Source: Candidatus Rokuibacteriota bacterium (GTDB taxonomy: Bacteria > Methylomirabilota > Methylomirabilia > Rokubacteriales > CSP1-6). From it: a stretch of 64,000 nt of DNA. Below are positions 63,571 to 64,000 of this stretch, piece after piece (position 1 is the stretch's first letter; each line of letters starts with the position of its first letter). The stretch is from contig QHSI01000133.1 of the NCBI GenBank assembly GCA_003221515.1, positions 3,530 to 67,529 on the forward strand, read 5' to 3'. Below the pieces are notes generated by a model. That model was not told the DNA's origin and ran no database searches. It worked only from the letters and a program-made list of their open reading frames with translations. Position numbers and translations under genes: made by a program.

Positions 63571-64000
63571 TCAGTGGTGGCAGGTGACGCAGTCGAGCGG
63601 GGCCTTGGCTCCGCGCGTCGCGTTCTGCTCACGGTGGCACTCGATGCACCAGCCCATCGTGAGAGCCCGAGACGACGGTTTGAATCCGACTAGGACCTGC
63701 AGATCGTGGAGCAATGCCGGTCCGGTGTCGGCCCCGACGACGCGCATGCGCTCGATGGGGCCGTGGCAGGTCTGGCACGCGATGGGAAAGCGCACGTGCG
63801 GCGCGTGAGGGAAGAACGTGAACTCCGGCATCTTGAAGACGCGGACCCACGGGATCGGCTGGCCGCGCCGCGCGAAGTCGTGGAGCTTGGCGATCTCTGG
63901 ATTGTCCTGGGCGCCGATGATCTTGTGGCAGCCCATGCATCGCTCGACCGAGGGAAGCCCCGCGTACTCGGAGCGCCGCGCATCGGCGTGGCAGTACTGG
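63571..64000 (-). CDS. multihaem c-type cytochrome, 5' end outside window
   Basis: ORF 63571..63936 extends in frame to the window edge; four CxxCH motifs (CMGCH, CQTCH, CIECH, CVTCH) within ~140 aa. Confidence 0.7.
   Translation of the reverse strand, partial: QYCHADARRSEYAGLPSVERCMGCHKIIGAQDNPEIAKLHDFARRGQPIPWVRVFKMPEFTFFPHAPHVRFPIACQTCHGPIERMRVVGADTGPALLHDLQVLVGFKPSSRALTMGWCIECHREQNATRGAKAPLDCVTCHH

Overview
This is a very GC-rich (roughly 65-70% by eye) chromosomal segment, densely coding on both strands, with no rRNA/tRNA genes and no CRISPR array found. Gene content is a mix of housekeeping and accessory functions. There is a pentose-phosphate cluster (FGGY kinase, a frameshifted pgl, zwf), serA, B12-dependent metH, ettA, rnd and three 3-hydroxyisobutyrate-dehydrogenase-family paralogs. 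A minus-strand AOR operon encodes a polyferredoxin, an FAD/NAD oxidoreductase and a tungsten-type aldehyde:ferredoxin oxidoreductase. A further minus-strand cluster is PhoD - B12-binding radical SAM - Lin0512-like - VOC. An imuA-imuB-dnaE2 mutagenesis cassette has its DnaE2 interrupted by a 423-aa LAGLIDADG intein. A ~14 kb signalling island carries two GAF histidine kinases, a CheY-like receiver, a REC-GAF-HD-GYP protein, a sigma54 activator, two paralogous secreted proteins, two tandem SAM methyltransferases and a GNAT. Three sigma54-type -24/-12 promoters are predicted, alongside two NtrC-family activators that both carry non-canonical GAFTGA motifs. The most unusual item is a ~534-codon reading frame on the minus strand (21715-23319) interrupted only by an in-frame TGA inside a U-G-S-C motif, with a perfect hairpin starting 11 nt 3' of the UGA. 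This is a candidate selenocysteine-containing (UGSC-type) protein. A ~50-nt GC-rich REP-like palindromic element family occurs at 7 or more sites. One copy is flanked by 9-bp direct repeats, and two tandem 63-bp copies are inserted in-frame into a receiver-domain gene. At least four genes (a TPP enzyme, pgl, ridA, an SDR) look internally deleted. All functional calls come from motif-level reading of the translations; no database search was run.
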